Source: Bdellovibrionales bacterium (GTDB lineage Bacteria; Bdellovibrionota; UBA1018; CAIMNF01). Taken from it: DNA of 64,000 nucleotides. Position numbers and translations under genes: made by a program. Positions within the stretch are counted from its first letter, which is position 1. Every line of letters starts with the position of its first letter. The stretch covers positions 125,307 through 189,306 of the forward strand of contig JBEIJY010000001.1 in the NCBI GenBank assembly GCA_040380025.1, written 5' to 3'. Below are positions 38,724-48,298 of this stretch, piece by piece. The notes under the pieces are model-generated. The model did not search any database and had not been told where the DNA came from. It saw nothing but the letters and a program-made list of their open reading frames with translations.

Positions 38724-38744
38724 GTTAATAAGCGATTAAATCGC

Positions 38745-38771
38745 TCAAGTGTCTGTCGGTGTTGCCGATCA
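38745..38771 (+). promoter_or_regulatory. Putative sigma28 promoter upstream of flp
   Basis: TCAA-N15-GCCGATCA versus consensus TAAA-N15-GCCGATAA. Confidence 0.6.
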
Positions 38772-38802
38772 GAGACTTGTGGGGCTTTGGGAGGGAGAAC
38801 AA

Positions 38803-39009
38803 ATGAAATCCATGAGCTTGATTACGCGAATCCGAAAAAGACTGAAGGACCGGAGCGGTCAGTCCACGACCGAGTACATTTTGATTCTGGCGATTGTGGT
38901 GATGATCGCAAGTAAAATGAAAGACAGACTTCAAAAGGGCGTCCAATCCGGTGTCGATAACATTGGTAACGTGATCGACCAACAAACCAATCCGAGCAAC
39001 TTCCAGTAA
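38803..39009 (+). CDS. flp: Flp (Tad-type) pilin
   Basis: Basic leader, G|QSTTEY Flp motif, hydrophobic helix, 68 aa; GGAGGGAG RBS. Confidence 0.85.
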   Translation: MKSMSLITRIRKRLKDRSGQSTTEYILILAIVVMIASKMKDRLQKGVQSGVDNIGNVIDQQTNPSNFQ

Positions 39010-39032
39010 AGAATCGTTCCCGTTCCAGAAGC

Positions 39033-39073
39033 AAGCCGGCGCAGGGTTCCCTCCCGCCGGCTTCTTTATTTTT
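39033..39073. terminator. Hairpin/terminator between the convergent flp and EI24-like genes
   Basis: AAGCCGGC...GCCGGCTT followed by a T-rich run. Confidence 0.6.
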
Positions 39074-39782
39074 TCAGGTATACGAGGGTCCCTGCGATGA
39101 CCGAGATCGGGAGCGCGAACAGATTGATCACCGGGGTGCTGAACAGAATCAAAGAGGCGAGCCCGAACCCGAGCGCGCGCGGAAGATTCGCCCCGATCCA
39201 GCCGAGGGATTCGAAGATTCCATGTCCCCGTCGATTTTGCGGATAGGCGATGAAGGTCAGGGTCCGCAGGAGTGCAAGAGCCGGAATCACCACCAGCTGT
39301 CCTAGTGGAATCAGGCTCAAGATCAAAAGCAGGAGCGTGAACATCGAAATCAGAATGGTCTTCCGGAAATCCAGCCAGATCACCGAAAGCACCGCCGAGG
39401 AAGGGGCCTTGCCCGGCGAAGGCCGGACCGCCCCTTCGACCGCTTCCGAAAGAACATCACTGAATGGGGACGCCACGAACTCGATCAGCAGATTCAAAAA
39501 CAGAATCGCAAAGTACGCGAGCATCAAGGCCGCCAGAACGGCGAGGAGGCCGCTTGCGATTCCCGAGAAGGACGAGCCGAGCCAGGTCAGAAGAAGGCCC
39601 TGGGCCGCACTCCACGTGCCGATCAGGACTCCGTAAATCGCAAGAGCCACCACCGAGACGGTGATCAGCATGGGCAGCAAAAACAGGGCAAAGAGCTTCG
39701 GGTGGTCGGGAAGAAGCGCGAGCGCGCGCAGGGGCGAGAGAAACCCCGCGGCGAATTCCTTAAATCTTGAATCCGAGATCAA
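39066..39782 (-). CDS. EI24/CysZ-like membrane protein
   Basis: ASPFSDVLSEAVE, TM hairpins, YP..RRG, PVINLFALP. Confidence 0.75.
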   Translation of the reverse strand: MISDSRFKEFAAGFLSPLRALALLPDHPKLFALFLLPMLITVSVVALAIYGVLIGTWSAAQGLLLTWLGSSFSGIASGLLAVLAALMLAYFAILFLNLLIEFVASPFSDVLSEAVEGAVRPSPGKAPSSAVLSVIWLDFRKTILISMFTLLLLILSLIPLGQLVVIPALALLRTLTFIAYPQNRRGHGIFESLGWIGANLPRALGFGLASLILFSTPVINLFALPISVIAGTLVYLKK

Positions 39783-40881
39783 GCGAATACCTCCGGTCCT
39801 CGGCGATGCCGGGGTTCAGTCCGAGCTCCTCGCCGTAGGTCGCAAAATTCAATTCAAACACGAACAGATCGATTCCGAGTCCGCCAGTAAAATAACCCTG
39901 ATTCACGCCGGTACGCAAACTCAGAATCTTCCATTCCGCCTCGGCGCCCATGTGGAGCGTCCTGAAAAAGCTTCCGTCGCGGTTGTTGCCGAGGTCCGAA
40001 CTCTCGATCGCGAACAGAACCTGATCAAAAATGAACAAGCCCTTCCGCTTGGCCGAAACCCCGAGGTTGAAGGTCCGATTCGCCGGGAGGGGATCTTCCG
40101 GCCAGGTTCGCAGGGGCTTGCCCAAGTTCCGGTATCCGCCGCCGAGCACGTTGTTCACCGAAAATCCGAGCTCATACTCGAAATCGAGCATCTTCCAGCG
40201 AGGCTTCAGTGTTACGCCGAGATCCGCATCGACTCCGACGCCGTTTCCGCTCCGGACCAGCGGGCCATTGCCGCCGGAACCCGACAGGAATCGCTGAACC
40301 GTAAGGCCCGAATCTCGTGCGCTCGCGCGGAATTGCCCTTTCAGGTTCATTCCGATCACAAGGCGGTCTTCTTCGAGAAACCTCCGGCTCAGGTTCAAGA
40401 CCGGTCCGAGCGCGAAAACACCGCTCGGATCGACCGCTCCCGACTGCGAAAGGGAGGGGTTGGTCGATCCCGAAAAATAAAGCCCCGCGCCCATACTCCA
40501 CTTGTCGGTCAAAAAATTCCGGAAGTGGACTGCGAGTGGAATCATCTGGATCCGTGCATACAGGGGTTCCCCGACCACTCCCGCGAATCCCGAAGCTCCG
40601 TCGGTTCTTCCTGAAAGATTCTTCAGGGAATCCAAGCTCCCTGCGCTGGTCTCGGCCGTTGTTTTCAGGAGCTGGAGACGGAACTCCGGGTTGTCGGCCG
40701 AGCGGGCCGGATTGCCGAAAAAGTTCTCCTCATAAAGTCCGGTCGTGAATCGTACCCCGCCCATGCCCACGGTCCGGGTGCTCCGGTAATCCTGCTGGAT
40801 CGGGGAGTAGGCGAAGGCCGAAAAAGACGAAACCAGGGAACACAAAAAAACCACCCGCAGAAGCCGATTCATGTTTGCCAC
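39760..40881 (-). CDS. Outer-membrane beta-barrel (TraF-like / FadL-PorV superfamily-like)
   Basis: Signal peptide (AFA), R..GMGG..FFGNPA plug-like motif, amphipathic strands, LRTGVNQGY, C-terminal LDLGFKI. Confidence 0.7.
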   Translation of the reverse strand: MANMNRLLRVVFLCSLVSSFSAFAYSPIQQDYRSTRTVGMGGVRFTTGLYEENFFGNPARSADNPEFRLQLLKTTAETSAGSLDSLKNLSGRTDGASGFAGVVGEPLYARIQMIPLAVHFRNFLTDKWSMGAGLYFSGSTNPSLSQSGAVDPSGVFALGPVLNLSRRFLEEDRLVIGMNLKGQFRASARDSGLTVQRFLSGSGGNGPLVRSGNGVGVDADLGVTLKPRWKMLDFEYELGFSVNNVLGGGYRNLGKPLRTWPEDPLPANRTFNLGVSAKRKGLFIFDQVLFAIESSDLGNNRDGSFFRTLHMGAEAEWKILSLRTGVNQGYFTGGLGIDLFVFELNFATYGEELGLNPGIAEDRRYSLDLGFKI

Positions 40882-40882
40882 C

Positions 40883-41713
40883 TCAATTCAACCCGAAGAC
40901 CGAGACGATTCCCTGGCGAAGGCAGGGCTCTGCGATCGCTCCGAGGCCTGCCAGGGTGTTGATCGAATCAAAAATGCCCGAATTCGCCGATCCGCCGCGA
41001 AACAACTGCATTTGGGTGTCAGCCTCGTTTGCGGCCTTGATCAGCATCTGCAGGCTCGCGGTTCCGTTCCAATCTGTTTCTGAATCGAGGCTTGCGGGTC
41101 CCGGCGCAGTCCACACTCCTGCTGTGGCCAAAAGAGGGCTGTCACAAACATCCTGCATGACATCGGCACAGGAGGATGCATCGCAACTCGTGGGAGTCTT
41201 CACCACATCACTCGCTCTCAGGGTCTGATCCGGTCCTGCGATCTCGGCGAGGAGCTCATTCACCATCGCGAGTGCTGCGATGAACTTCGAGAAGGCACGA
41301 AGAGAGGGCTCCGCGATTTGTGCGTTCGAAACATAGATTTCCTGAATCCGCAGACGATTCGCCTCGCTTGCCGCGCCCCTTCTCGCGAGATCATTCGCCA
41401 TCGTGACAAAGCTCGAACCCGATCCGTTCGACGATCCGAGGGATCCGACCAGGTCCGAGAACGAAAAGAGTTTCAACTGCGCGAGAACGGTCAGGGAGGT
41501 CTCGCTCACGCGGATGTCATTCTGCGCATCCGAGAGCGCCTGATAATGCCGGAGTGCACAGTCGTAATCCCCGCGATCCAGACAGGTCCGAGCCGCGACA
41601 AGATGCTGGGCATCGTTCGAGGGACTCGAGAGTTTGGTGAATAGGTTGCATCCTGCGAACGGAAGAAGCAGGACTGCGCCCAACATGACGGAGAGTTTGG
41701 AATGAATCCTCAT
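40883..41713 (-). CDS. Lipoprotein with TPR-like N-terminal helices and several Cys
   Basis: Lipobox FAGC, ARTCLDRGDYDCAL; ends 1 nt before the barrel gene. Confidence 0.78.
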   Translation of the reverse strand: MRIHSKLSVMLGAVLLLPFAGCNLFTKLSSPSNDAQHLVAARTCLDRGDYDCALRHYQALSDAQNDIRVSETSLTVLAQLKLFSFSDLVGSLGSSNGSGSSFVTMANDLARRGAASEANRLRIQEIYVSNAQIAEPSLRAFSKFIAALAMVNELLAEIAGPDQTLRASDVVKTPTSCDASSCADVMQDVCDSPLLATAGVWTAPGPASLDSETDWNGTASLQMLIKAANEADTQMQLFRGGSANSGIFDSINTLAGLGAIAEPCLRQGIVSVFGLN

Positions 41714-41757
41714 TCCATGATTCTAATTTAGTTGCGCCCCTGCTCGCGATCAAAATC

Positions 41758-42690
41758 TCACTTTTGCGAATCGGGCACGACGTTTGGCATTCCGGCCGGA
41801 CCTGTCATTTTGTAGGCGTACTGCCCGTCCGCCTGCTTTGCGGGCGCGATCAGGCTTTCGAGCAGGGAGAGCGAGGACCGGAGCTTTTCGGAGGTGCCGA
41901 AAGTGACGCGAAGATTCAACACACTCGCGTTCAAATTGCGATTCAGCGCAAGATCCCCCGTGACCGTGGCGGTCAGGTCATCGTTCTGACGCCCGAGCCG
42001 CACCTGCTTCATGAACAGTTTTCCGCTCCGGATCTCGATCAAAATGCTTCCCTCCGAAACGAGGGTCTCGGGGATTTTGAATCCGAAGATCGATTGCTCG
42101 TCGAGCTTCAGGTTCTTCAGCTTCAGATCGATCGCACCGTTCAACGACGAGAGTTCGCTGATCCCGCCCTCGATGGCGAGGGTTCCGCTCACGAGTCCGG
42201 TTCCCTTGATTCCGGCATACCCGAGCACCCCGAACTTGCCGAGGTCGATTTCTTTCAACGAAACATCCGCATCGATGCGATTCCGGTTTCCCGACGCGTC
42301 GACCGCAAGCTCGGCGGCCCCTTGGTGGAGCAGGGCTCGCGCACCGGCCCGGCCCGTAAAGAGGGCGAGAAGATTCGGCCGCACCGAAAGATCATCCAGC
42401 TCAATCCGGGACTGATCCGCCATCTCGAGGACCGGGTGGTCGAGCCGGTATTCGATCCGCGGAAAAAACGAGAGCGATCGTCCGCGATCCGAGACATAAA
42501 TGTCATACGGATCGAGCGCGCTTTGCACGAAGCCTTGTACGAGACCCGTGAGTCGCTGCTCGGGGATCTTCGTGATCGTCAGGATCGACACCAGCGCCAG
42601 GAACAAAAAAACCAGGCCGGTCGTGCGGATCACACGAAATCGCGCAGGGGCTTCACCTGCAGAGAGGGTGCCGGGTGTCGCTTCGCTCAT
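41758..42690 (-). CDS. gspN: Type II secretion protein GspN-like
   Basis: N-terminal TM and repeated beta strands; last gene of the gsp operon. Confidence 0.7.
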   Translation of the reverse strand: MSEATPGTLSAGEAPARFRVIRTTGLVFLFLALVSILTITKIPEQRLTGLVQGFVQSALDPYDIYVSDRGRSLSFFPRIEYRLDHPVLEMADQSRIELDDLSVRPNLLALFTGRAGARALLHQGAAELAVDASGNRNRIDADVSLKEIDLGKFGVLGYAGIKGTGLVSGTLAIEGGISELSSLNGAIDLKLKNLKLDEQSIFGFKIPETLVSEGSILIEIRSGKLFMKQVRLGRQNDDLTATVTGDLALNRNLNASVLNLRVTFGTSEKLRSSLSLLESLIAPAKQADGQYAYKMTGPAGMPNVVPDSQK

Positions 42691-43289
42691 TTTGATTTTT
42701 CTCCCTTGGCCGATTTCGCGAGATACCCCGAAAGGTTCAGTTTCACCGAAAGTGAGCCGTCCGTTCCGGAGGGCTCGATCGCAAGCCCCTTCAGCTTCAT
42801 CGGAGGGGTGCCCCGGTCCATTTGCGAAAGCAGGCGGACGAGAGCGGGAAGTGCCGCCTGACGGATGCGCACCTCGAGCAGGGACTCCTCGATCACCGCA
42901 TCCGATTTGCCGGGTTCCTGCTTTACGATTTCCAGATTCTCGGGAGCGATGCCTTGCGCGCTCGCGAGCGCAGAGAGAATCGAGTTCCAGTCCTTCGCCA
43001 TTGCCTGCGAGCCGACCGAGTTTTGTCCCCGCAGTCGCCGGAGCTCGTCATTTGCCGAAGAAACGATCTGATACAGCTCCTGTTTTTCGAGATACTCGTC
43101 CCGTACGCGATTGGCCGGGCCACCAACAGAATAGATCACCAGAAACAGCGCCAGGAACGCGCCGACCAGTCCGCCGATGCGGAGCTGGTTTTGTTGCTCG
43201 GGCCCGAGCTGCTGATATCCGGATTGGATCTGCTGGTACCACTCCTGTTCCTTGATTTTTTCGAGGACGGATCCCATCTCGAAGGCCAT
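42687..43289 (-). CDS. gspM: Type II secretion protein GspM
   Basis: YQQLGPEQQ + TM + coiled coil + ferredoxin-like domain; position after gspL. Confidence 0.78.
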   Translation of the reverse strand: MAFEMGSVLEKIKEQEWYQQIQSGYQQLGPEQQNQLRIGGLVGAFLALFLVIYSVGGPANRVRDEYLEKQELYQIVSSANDELRRLRGQNSVGSQAMAKDWNSILSALASAQGIAPENLEIVKQEPGKSDAVIEESLLEVRIRQAALPALVRLLSQMDRGTPPMKLKGLAIEPSGTDGSLSVKLNLSGYLAKSAKGEKSK

Positions 43290-43292
43290 CGC

Positions 43293-44909
43293 TTATTTCC
43301 CTCCTCCGAGCGTGCCCGAATACGGAATCCGGAAGGCCTTGCGTCCCTCGCGGTTGATTTCCTCCGAGTTCCCGCGGCGCAGTCCGAAGTTTTTCTCGAT
43401 CAAGTCATTCAGCTTCGACATCACCTGGGCGTTCGGCACAATGAAGGCGAGCGAAACCTTGAGCGGGCGGTTCTCGACGAACGGTTCGGTGTTGTCCGTC
43501 CCCGCATCGAAGTTGACCAGGTCCACGACGACATCGCGGCCGATTTTCTCCGAAAGACTCTTCAAAAAATGCAGAGGCGAACCGGGATTCGGGGCGAAGA
43601 GCTTCGAGAGTTGCCGTTCCTTCGCCAGGTCGTCCTGGATCGTTTTTTTCAGCTTCTCCGGGCTTGCAAGATAGGAGCGGGCCGCACCGTCCGAAATGTC
43701 CCCGTAATAGGCTTTCACGGCACGTTTCAGCTGGGTGTCGGTCTCGGCAAGCCGTCCCTCGTAATACTGGTACTCGATGGTCTTGGTGCCGATCAGAACG
43801 GCAGTCGTGGCAAGCAGATAGGGGAGGGGCTTTTTTGCGAGCTCGAAGGGCGAATCCGTCGAGGCGCCGGCCCTCGCAAAGGGACCTTTTCTCAGGTTCA
43901 AAACCGGGATCTTGTCTGCGGGGATGAGGGTCGTGGCCAGCGCCAGGGCTTTGGCGAAGCGGACCTCCGAAAGATCGGAGTACGCGATTTTTCCGCCCGA
44001 GAGCGCGCTGAGCGGACGAAAAAGCACGCAGGCCTTGCTCGCGGCCGATTCAAACCAGCTCGCAATCCCGGGCAGGAGCGCACCTTCGCCGGTCAGCTGG
44101 ATCTCGCCGATCGCGGTCCGGAGCTGGCCGCGCGCCGCAAGCTCGGTTTGTTTGATTTCCGGTACCAACAGCTCGAGGATTTCGGCGATCGCGTTCGATA
44201 CCTGTTCGTTGATGCCCGAGACGCCGATGTCGTGGACCCACGAGCGGGCTTCCTCGTGGCCCGACCCCAACCGTTCTTGCAGGGCGGATTCCAGATGGGC
44301 GACCCCGAAGGGGATCTCGCGGTACAACACGGGACGATTCCCCGAGTTCACATGAAAAAACGTCTTATGCCGCTCGAACCCGACCAGCAGCACGGAATCG
44401 TTCTCGCCGGCTTTTCCGGCGGACTTCCGGAATCTCGAGAACAAGCAGCGGTAGGCCCAGGCATCGGAGGTGACAAAATCCGGGTCGAGTCCCGCCTGAG
44501 CCAGAGACTCCAGATACGCGCCGAAGCGGTCTTTCTTCACCGCACCGACATGCACGAGGGTTCCGGCCTCTTCCGATGGGAGAATGGCATGGTCATAATG
44601 CAAGTTCTCGGATTCGAACGGCAGGTCATCCTCCAGCTCGAACTGCAGGGCCGATCGGATCGCCTTTTTGTCGCGCGTCGCAAGCTGAATGTTCCGAAAG
44701 GTTCCAAGCTCCATCGGAGCCGCAGTGATCACTCTTCCTGGCTTGCCGGGAAGACTTGCGATGAGGCGTGCGGCAACCGCGACCGGGTCGGAATCCGGCC
44801 CCGCCACAGGTGCCTCATGGGTTTCCCGGATTTCAAACCGCCCGAAGGCGCTTTCGATTTCGACGCAGGTCACAGCATCTTTGGAGATGTCCAATCCCAG
44901 GACTCGCAT
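43293..44909 (-). CDS. gspL: GspL with PilM-like actin-fold cytoplasmic domain
   Basis: VLGLDI, ELEDDLPF, REIPFG, LTGEGA, LNLR then TM. Confidence 0.82.
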   Translation of the reverse strand: MRVLGLDISKDAVTCVEIESAFGRFEIRETHEAPVAGPDSDPVAVAARLIASLPGKPGRVITAAPMELGTFRNIQLATRDKKAIRSALQFELEDDLPFESENLHYDHAILPSEEAGTLVHVGAVKKDRFGAYLESLAQAGLDPDFVTSDAWAYRCLFSRFRKSAGKAGENDSVLLVGFERHKTFFHVNSGNRPVLYREIPFGVAHLESALQERLGSGHEEARSWVHDIGVSGINEQVSNAIAEILELLVPEIKQTELAARGQLRTAIGEIQLTGEGALLPGIASWFESAASKACVLFRPLSALSGGKIAYSDLSEVRFAKALALATTLIPADKIPVLNLRKGPFARAGASTDSPFELAKKPLPYLLATTAVLIGTKTIEYQYYEGRLAETDTQLKRAVKAYYGDISDGAARSYLASPEKLKKTIQDDLAKERQLSKLFAPNPGSPLHFLKSLSEKIGRDVVVDLVNFDAGTDNTEPFVENRPLKVSLAFIVPNAQVMSKLNDLIEKNFGLRRGNSEEINREGRKAFRIPYSGTLGGGK

Positions 44910-44922
44910 ACCTCAATAGTAC

Positions 44923-46323
44923 TCATAAAAACCGGAGTTGAGTAATCTTTAAATTGCTCCGCGCGCCGGTCGGAACCGCAGTGTTTTGGGATTGGTTTTG
45001 GGATTGGTTTTGCGGCTGGTTTTGCGGCTGGTTTTGGGGTGGCGGCTGACCCGCCCGCGTCCCGGGAGCGCTCGCCGGCTCGATGATGCTGACCAGCGCC
45101 TCGAGGGTCCGCTTGGTCTGCTGAACCGTCGCCTCGACCCGGACCAGGAAGTTGGATTCGTCCGTGACGATCTGGATCCCCCGTTGAATGAACAGGTTTT
45201 TCAGATCGGTGATCCGGTTTGCCGATCCGGCAAAAAACTGGACCTTGTCTTTCAGGTAGGTGAAGAATCCGTCCGCATTCTTGAACTTGTTTCCGTCCAG
45301 GCCATCGTCGCCTTTTTTGTCGCGGAACTCGAAGAACTTCTTCACTTCCTCGTTCGTCATCTGCGGAATGAGCGCCCGGAGCACGGGTTCCCGCACGGTG
45401 TTGATGTTGATGTTCGAGGCCACACCGGCATGGAACTGGCTCGCCAGAAGCCCGTAGATCTCCTCGTCGACCGAGCGAAGGTAGAGAAGTTCCGAGATGT
45501 CGTAAAAAGGGGCTTTTTTGAAGGGAATCGGACTCACCTGCTCGCGCGGGGACTCATACGAGAGGTCGCTCCAACCGAAGATTTCCTGGGCCAGATCCTC
45601 GACCCGGAAGCTCCCGTAGCGGTCGCGGAAGCGATCATCCGTCTCGGATTTCCTCCGGAAGGTGTCCTCGAGTTGGGTCTGGAGTGCCTGCCGGGCCTGA
45701 TCCGGATTGTAAGTGACCGGTGTGGGGCTCGGCTCGGCCCCGGGTGCGGTGCCCGGCGGGCCGGACGGGTTTGCGGGATTGGCGGCAGGATCCGCGGTGG
45801 CTCCTCCTCCCTCTTTCTTCTGCGGCGGGGGTGCGATGGCCGCGAAGGCGGGAAGGGTCGAGTTCAGGTTGATCCTGTTCGATTGGGCCTGGATGCTCAG
45901 GTAGAGTTTTCCCTCCATGCCGGAATCCTTCCGGAATTTTTCGACCGCATCCTTCAGTTCCCCGGGAAGGCCCGAGATATCCCCCGAAAACGGAATCGTC
46001 ACGGGCTCGGCCCAGATCTTCTCGATCATGTCTTTCGGTACGACCGAGTCCACCATCTGGGAGGCCGCCCCCGATTGCCCGGCGAGCTGGCTCACGGTTT
46101 TTTTGAGCTCCGAATAGGCGCGAATCCGCAGGAGCGCAAGCCGGAGTCCGCTCTTCGCGAGCGCAAGCGCCTTCACCTGATCGAGCTTGTCGTAGGCGAG
46201 CTTCTGATTGATCTGCGCGGTGTAGGTGATTTCGCCGACGAACACCGCGAGCATCGCCATCGATGCGAGCACGATGAACAGCGCGACCCCCCTGCGATCA
46301 GTAGGTTTTCGGAAGAACGTCAT
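44923..46323 (-). CDS. gspK: Minor pseudopilin GspK
   Basis: RRG|VALFIVL, RINLN, ISELLYL, ININT; ATG 46323. Confidence 0.88.
   Translation of the reverse strand: MTFFRKPTDRRGVALFIVLASMAMLAVFVGEITYTAQINQKLAYDKLDQVKALALAKSGLRLALLRIRAYSELKKTVSQLAGQSGAASQMVDSVVPKDMIEKIWAEPVTIPFSGDISGLPGELKDAVEKFRKDSGMEGKLYLSIQAQSNRINLNSTLPAFAAIAPPPQKKEGGGATADPAANPANPSGPPGTAPGAEPSPTPVTYNPDQARQALQTQLEDTFRRKSETDDRFRDRYGSFRVEDLAQEIFGWSDLSYESPREQVSPIPFKKAPFYDISELLYLRSVDEEIYGLLASQFHAGVASNININTVREPVLRALIPQMTNEEVKKFFEFRDKKGDDGLDGNKFKNADGFFTYLKDKVQFFAGSANRITDLKNLFIQRGIQIVTDESNFLVRVEATVQQTKRTLEALVSIIEPASAPGTRAGQPPPQNQPQNQPQNQSQNQSQNTAVPTGARSNLKITQLRFL
44983..45036 (-). repeat. In-frame 12-bp tandem repeat (QNQP/QNQS x4.5) in the gspK 3' end
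   Basis: GTTTTGGGATTG x2, GTTTTGCGGCTG x2, GTTTTG. Confidence 0.85.
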
Positions 46324-47176
46324 TCGGCGCCTCCAGATTGAAGAAAACTCTCGACTCGAAAACCCGGTCATCGGGGCCGACCAAGGTAGCCTCCATCTCG
46401 ATCGCGACCGGGAACTTCCCCTTCGGCTCGGTCGCCTCGGAGTCCCACTCGCGCACGGGATCCTTCTCTCCCGCCTTGTAATACAGGAATTTCAGTTTCT
46501 TGATGTTTCCGAGCACTTCATAGGTCGCAAGAAAGGGCGCATCCTTCTGCTCCTCGAGCTCGAATGCGCGGGTGTTCTCGATTTTCACCAGGGTGTACCG
46601 GTCGGTGGCCTTTCCGTCCTCTTCCTGCCGGCGGAGCTCATAGCGGATCTTCGCGTAGATCGATTCCCGTTTCATCTGGTAGACCCGCGCATGGGAGGCC
46701 GAAACAAAGCTCATTTGCGATTCTTTGCCCTGGAACCTCGATGCGCGGATTCCGGAGGCATCGAGCACCGGTCCCCAGTATTCGAAGGCCTGGAACGCCA
46801 TGCCGCGCGTTTTTCGGTTGATCTCGTCCGCGCCCAGCACCGGAAGGGGCGGCGGCATTCCCGGGGCCGGCGGGGGCGGGGGAGGAGGGGGATTGTACGG
46901 ATCGATCGGAATCAGATCCGGCGACAAAAACCAGCGCGGGTTGAAGGTCTGGCTCAGATCGCGCTCGATGAAGGCGGTCGCGGTGCGGAACTCGCTCGAA
47001 AAATCGGTTTCGCGTTTCAGGACTTCCTTCAGTTTCGCGGCATCGATCACCGCCTTCGAAGTCGTGGTACCGATCAGCACCAAAATGAAGAGCGCGATCA
47101 GCACCTCGATCAGGGTGAAGCCCGAAGGAGATTTGCCGGGGGCTCCGCGCTCAGTCCGTCGACATGCTGAATTCAT
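46298..47176 (-). CDS. gspJ: Minor pseudopilin GspJ
   Basis: G|FTLIEVLIAL, ERDL, PVAIEM; start uncertain. Confidence 0.85.
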   Translation of the reverse strand: MNSACRRTERGAPGKSPSGFTLIEVLIALFILVLIGTTTSKAVIDAAKLKEVLKRETDFSSEFRTATAFIERDLSQTFNPRWFLSPDLIPIDPYNPPPPPPPPAPGMPPPLPVLGADEINRKTRGMAFQAFEYWGPVLDASGIRASRFQGKESQMSFVSASHARVYQMKRESIYAKIRYELRRQEEDGKATDRYTLVKIENTRAFELEEQKDAPFLATYEVLGNIKKLKFLYYKAGEKDPVREWDSEATEPKGKFPVAIEMEATLVGPDDRVFESRVFFNLEAPNDVLPKTY

Positions 47177-47669
47177 GATTCAAGTCCACCCAGTATTGAC
47201 TGACGCTGTACTGCTGATCTTTTCCCTTTTCTTTCCACTTCACGGTGATCATGATCTCGCGAGTCGCTTTCGAGAGATAATTCGTCGCGATCTTCACCAC
47301 GCGCTCCGCTTCGGCGTTCGAGCTCGTGACTCCGCCGGCCTCGCCCGATTCGGGCTTCAGCAGGTTCGGAAAGGTGATTTTCTTGATCTTCCGCTCCCAC
47401 GAGAACTCCGCGAATGGCGGGTCGAACTTTCCGGAGGAGTCCTCCTTGGTTTCATCGAAGGTCTTTCCCTGAATTTCTCGTTCCGTCTCGACCAGGATGT
47501 TCCGGGCGAGCATTGCAACCGTGGTCATCTGCTTGGCCCGGTAGGTGACATCCAGACTGTTGTTTTCCGAGACGAGGATGGCCCCGATTCCGATCGCAAG
47601 GATGCCGATCGCGATCATGACTTCGAGGAGCGTGAATCCCGCTGCGGAGTCCTTCTTTGCGATGCTCAT
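47151..47669 (-). CDS. gspI: Minor pseudopilin GspI
   Basis: G|FTLLEVMIAI; ATG 47669 overlaps the gspH stop. Confidence 0.83.
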   Translation of the reverse strand: MSIAKKDSAAGFTLLEVMIAIGILAIGIGAILVSENNSLDVTYRAKQMTTVAMLARNILVETEREIQGKTFDETKEDSSGKFDPPFAEFSWERKIKKITFPNLLKPESGEAGGVTSSNAEAERVVKIATNYLSKATREIMITVKWKEKGKDQQYSVSQYWVDLNHEFSMSTD

Positions 47670-48295
47670 CGTTTGAAGTGCTCCTTCGTCTCGATGTACC
47701 GGCCCTCGACCTTGCACCGGCCGAGAAGGTTCGAGACCAGCAGGGAGATTTCGTTGTTCCCGGTATCGGTCAGGTGCACGAGCGATTTCTCGGTCATGCC
47801 TTGCGGAAAAATATGCGTGTACGCCATTCCCTCGGTGATCGGTCCGTCGCCCTGCTCGGTCACCACATCCTTGAACTTCACACCGACGGGGAGGCTCCGT
47901 TTGGTCCGGGTCAGGGTCTTTTCTTGTTTGAACCCGCCGTTCTTCTTTTTCTCTTCTTCGTCATCCTTGAAGACCGAAAGAGTCCTTTCCCGTTCTTTCT
48001 CACGGGATTCGTCGCTTCTCATCAGGGTGAACTCCGGCGTCGACTCAACCCAGAATTGGTTGTTCTTCAGGTCGTAAGCGACCCGGTGCACGCGTCCGGT
48101 GATCTGGGCCGAGTTGACCGAGTCCTGAATGAGAGTCGCGATCTCACGCGCCGAGGATTTCACCGAGAAGCGGAAGGTGTTCGAGATGGTCGGCACGGCG
48201 ATCATGCCGACCAGTCCGATGATCGCAACCACGATCATGAGCTCGATCAGGGAGAACCCGCGCGAATCCGTGTGAATTCTCCCCGATCGTCCCAT
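47666..48295 (-). CDS. gspH: Minor pseudopilin GspH
   Basis: G|FSLIELMIV, FPQG; follows gspG. Confidence 0.83.
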   Translation of the reverse strand: MGRSGRIHTDSRGFSLIELMIVVAIIGLVGMIAVPTISNTFRFSVKSSAREIATLIQDSVNSAQITGRVHRVAYDLKNNQFWVESTPEFTLMRSDESREKERERTLSVFKDDEEEKKKNGGFKQEKTLTRTKRSLPVGVKFKDVVTEQGDGPITEGMAYTHIFPQGMTEKSLVHLTDTGNNEISLLVSNLLGRCKVEGRYIETKEHFKR

Positions 48296-48298
48296 GAT

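Noticed and set aside
39760..40881. TraF-like barrel as evidence of a conjugative element
   Set aside because: No other tra/T4SS, relaxase or oriT features; the resemblance is at fold level only
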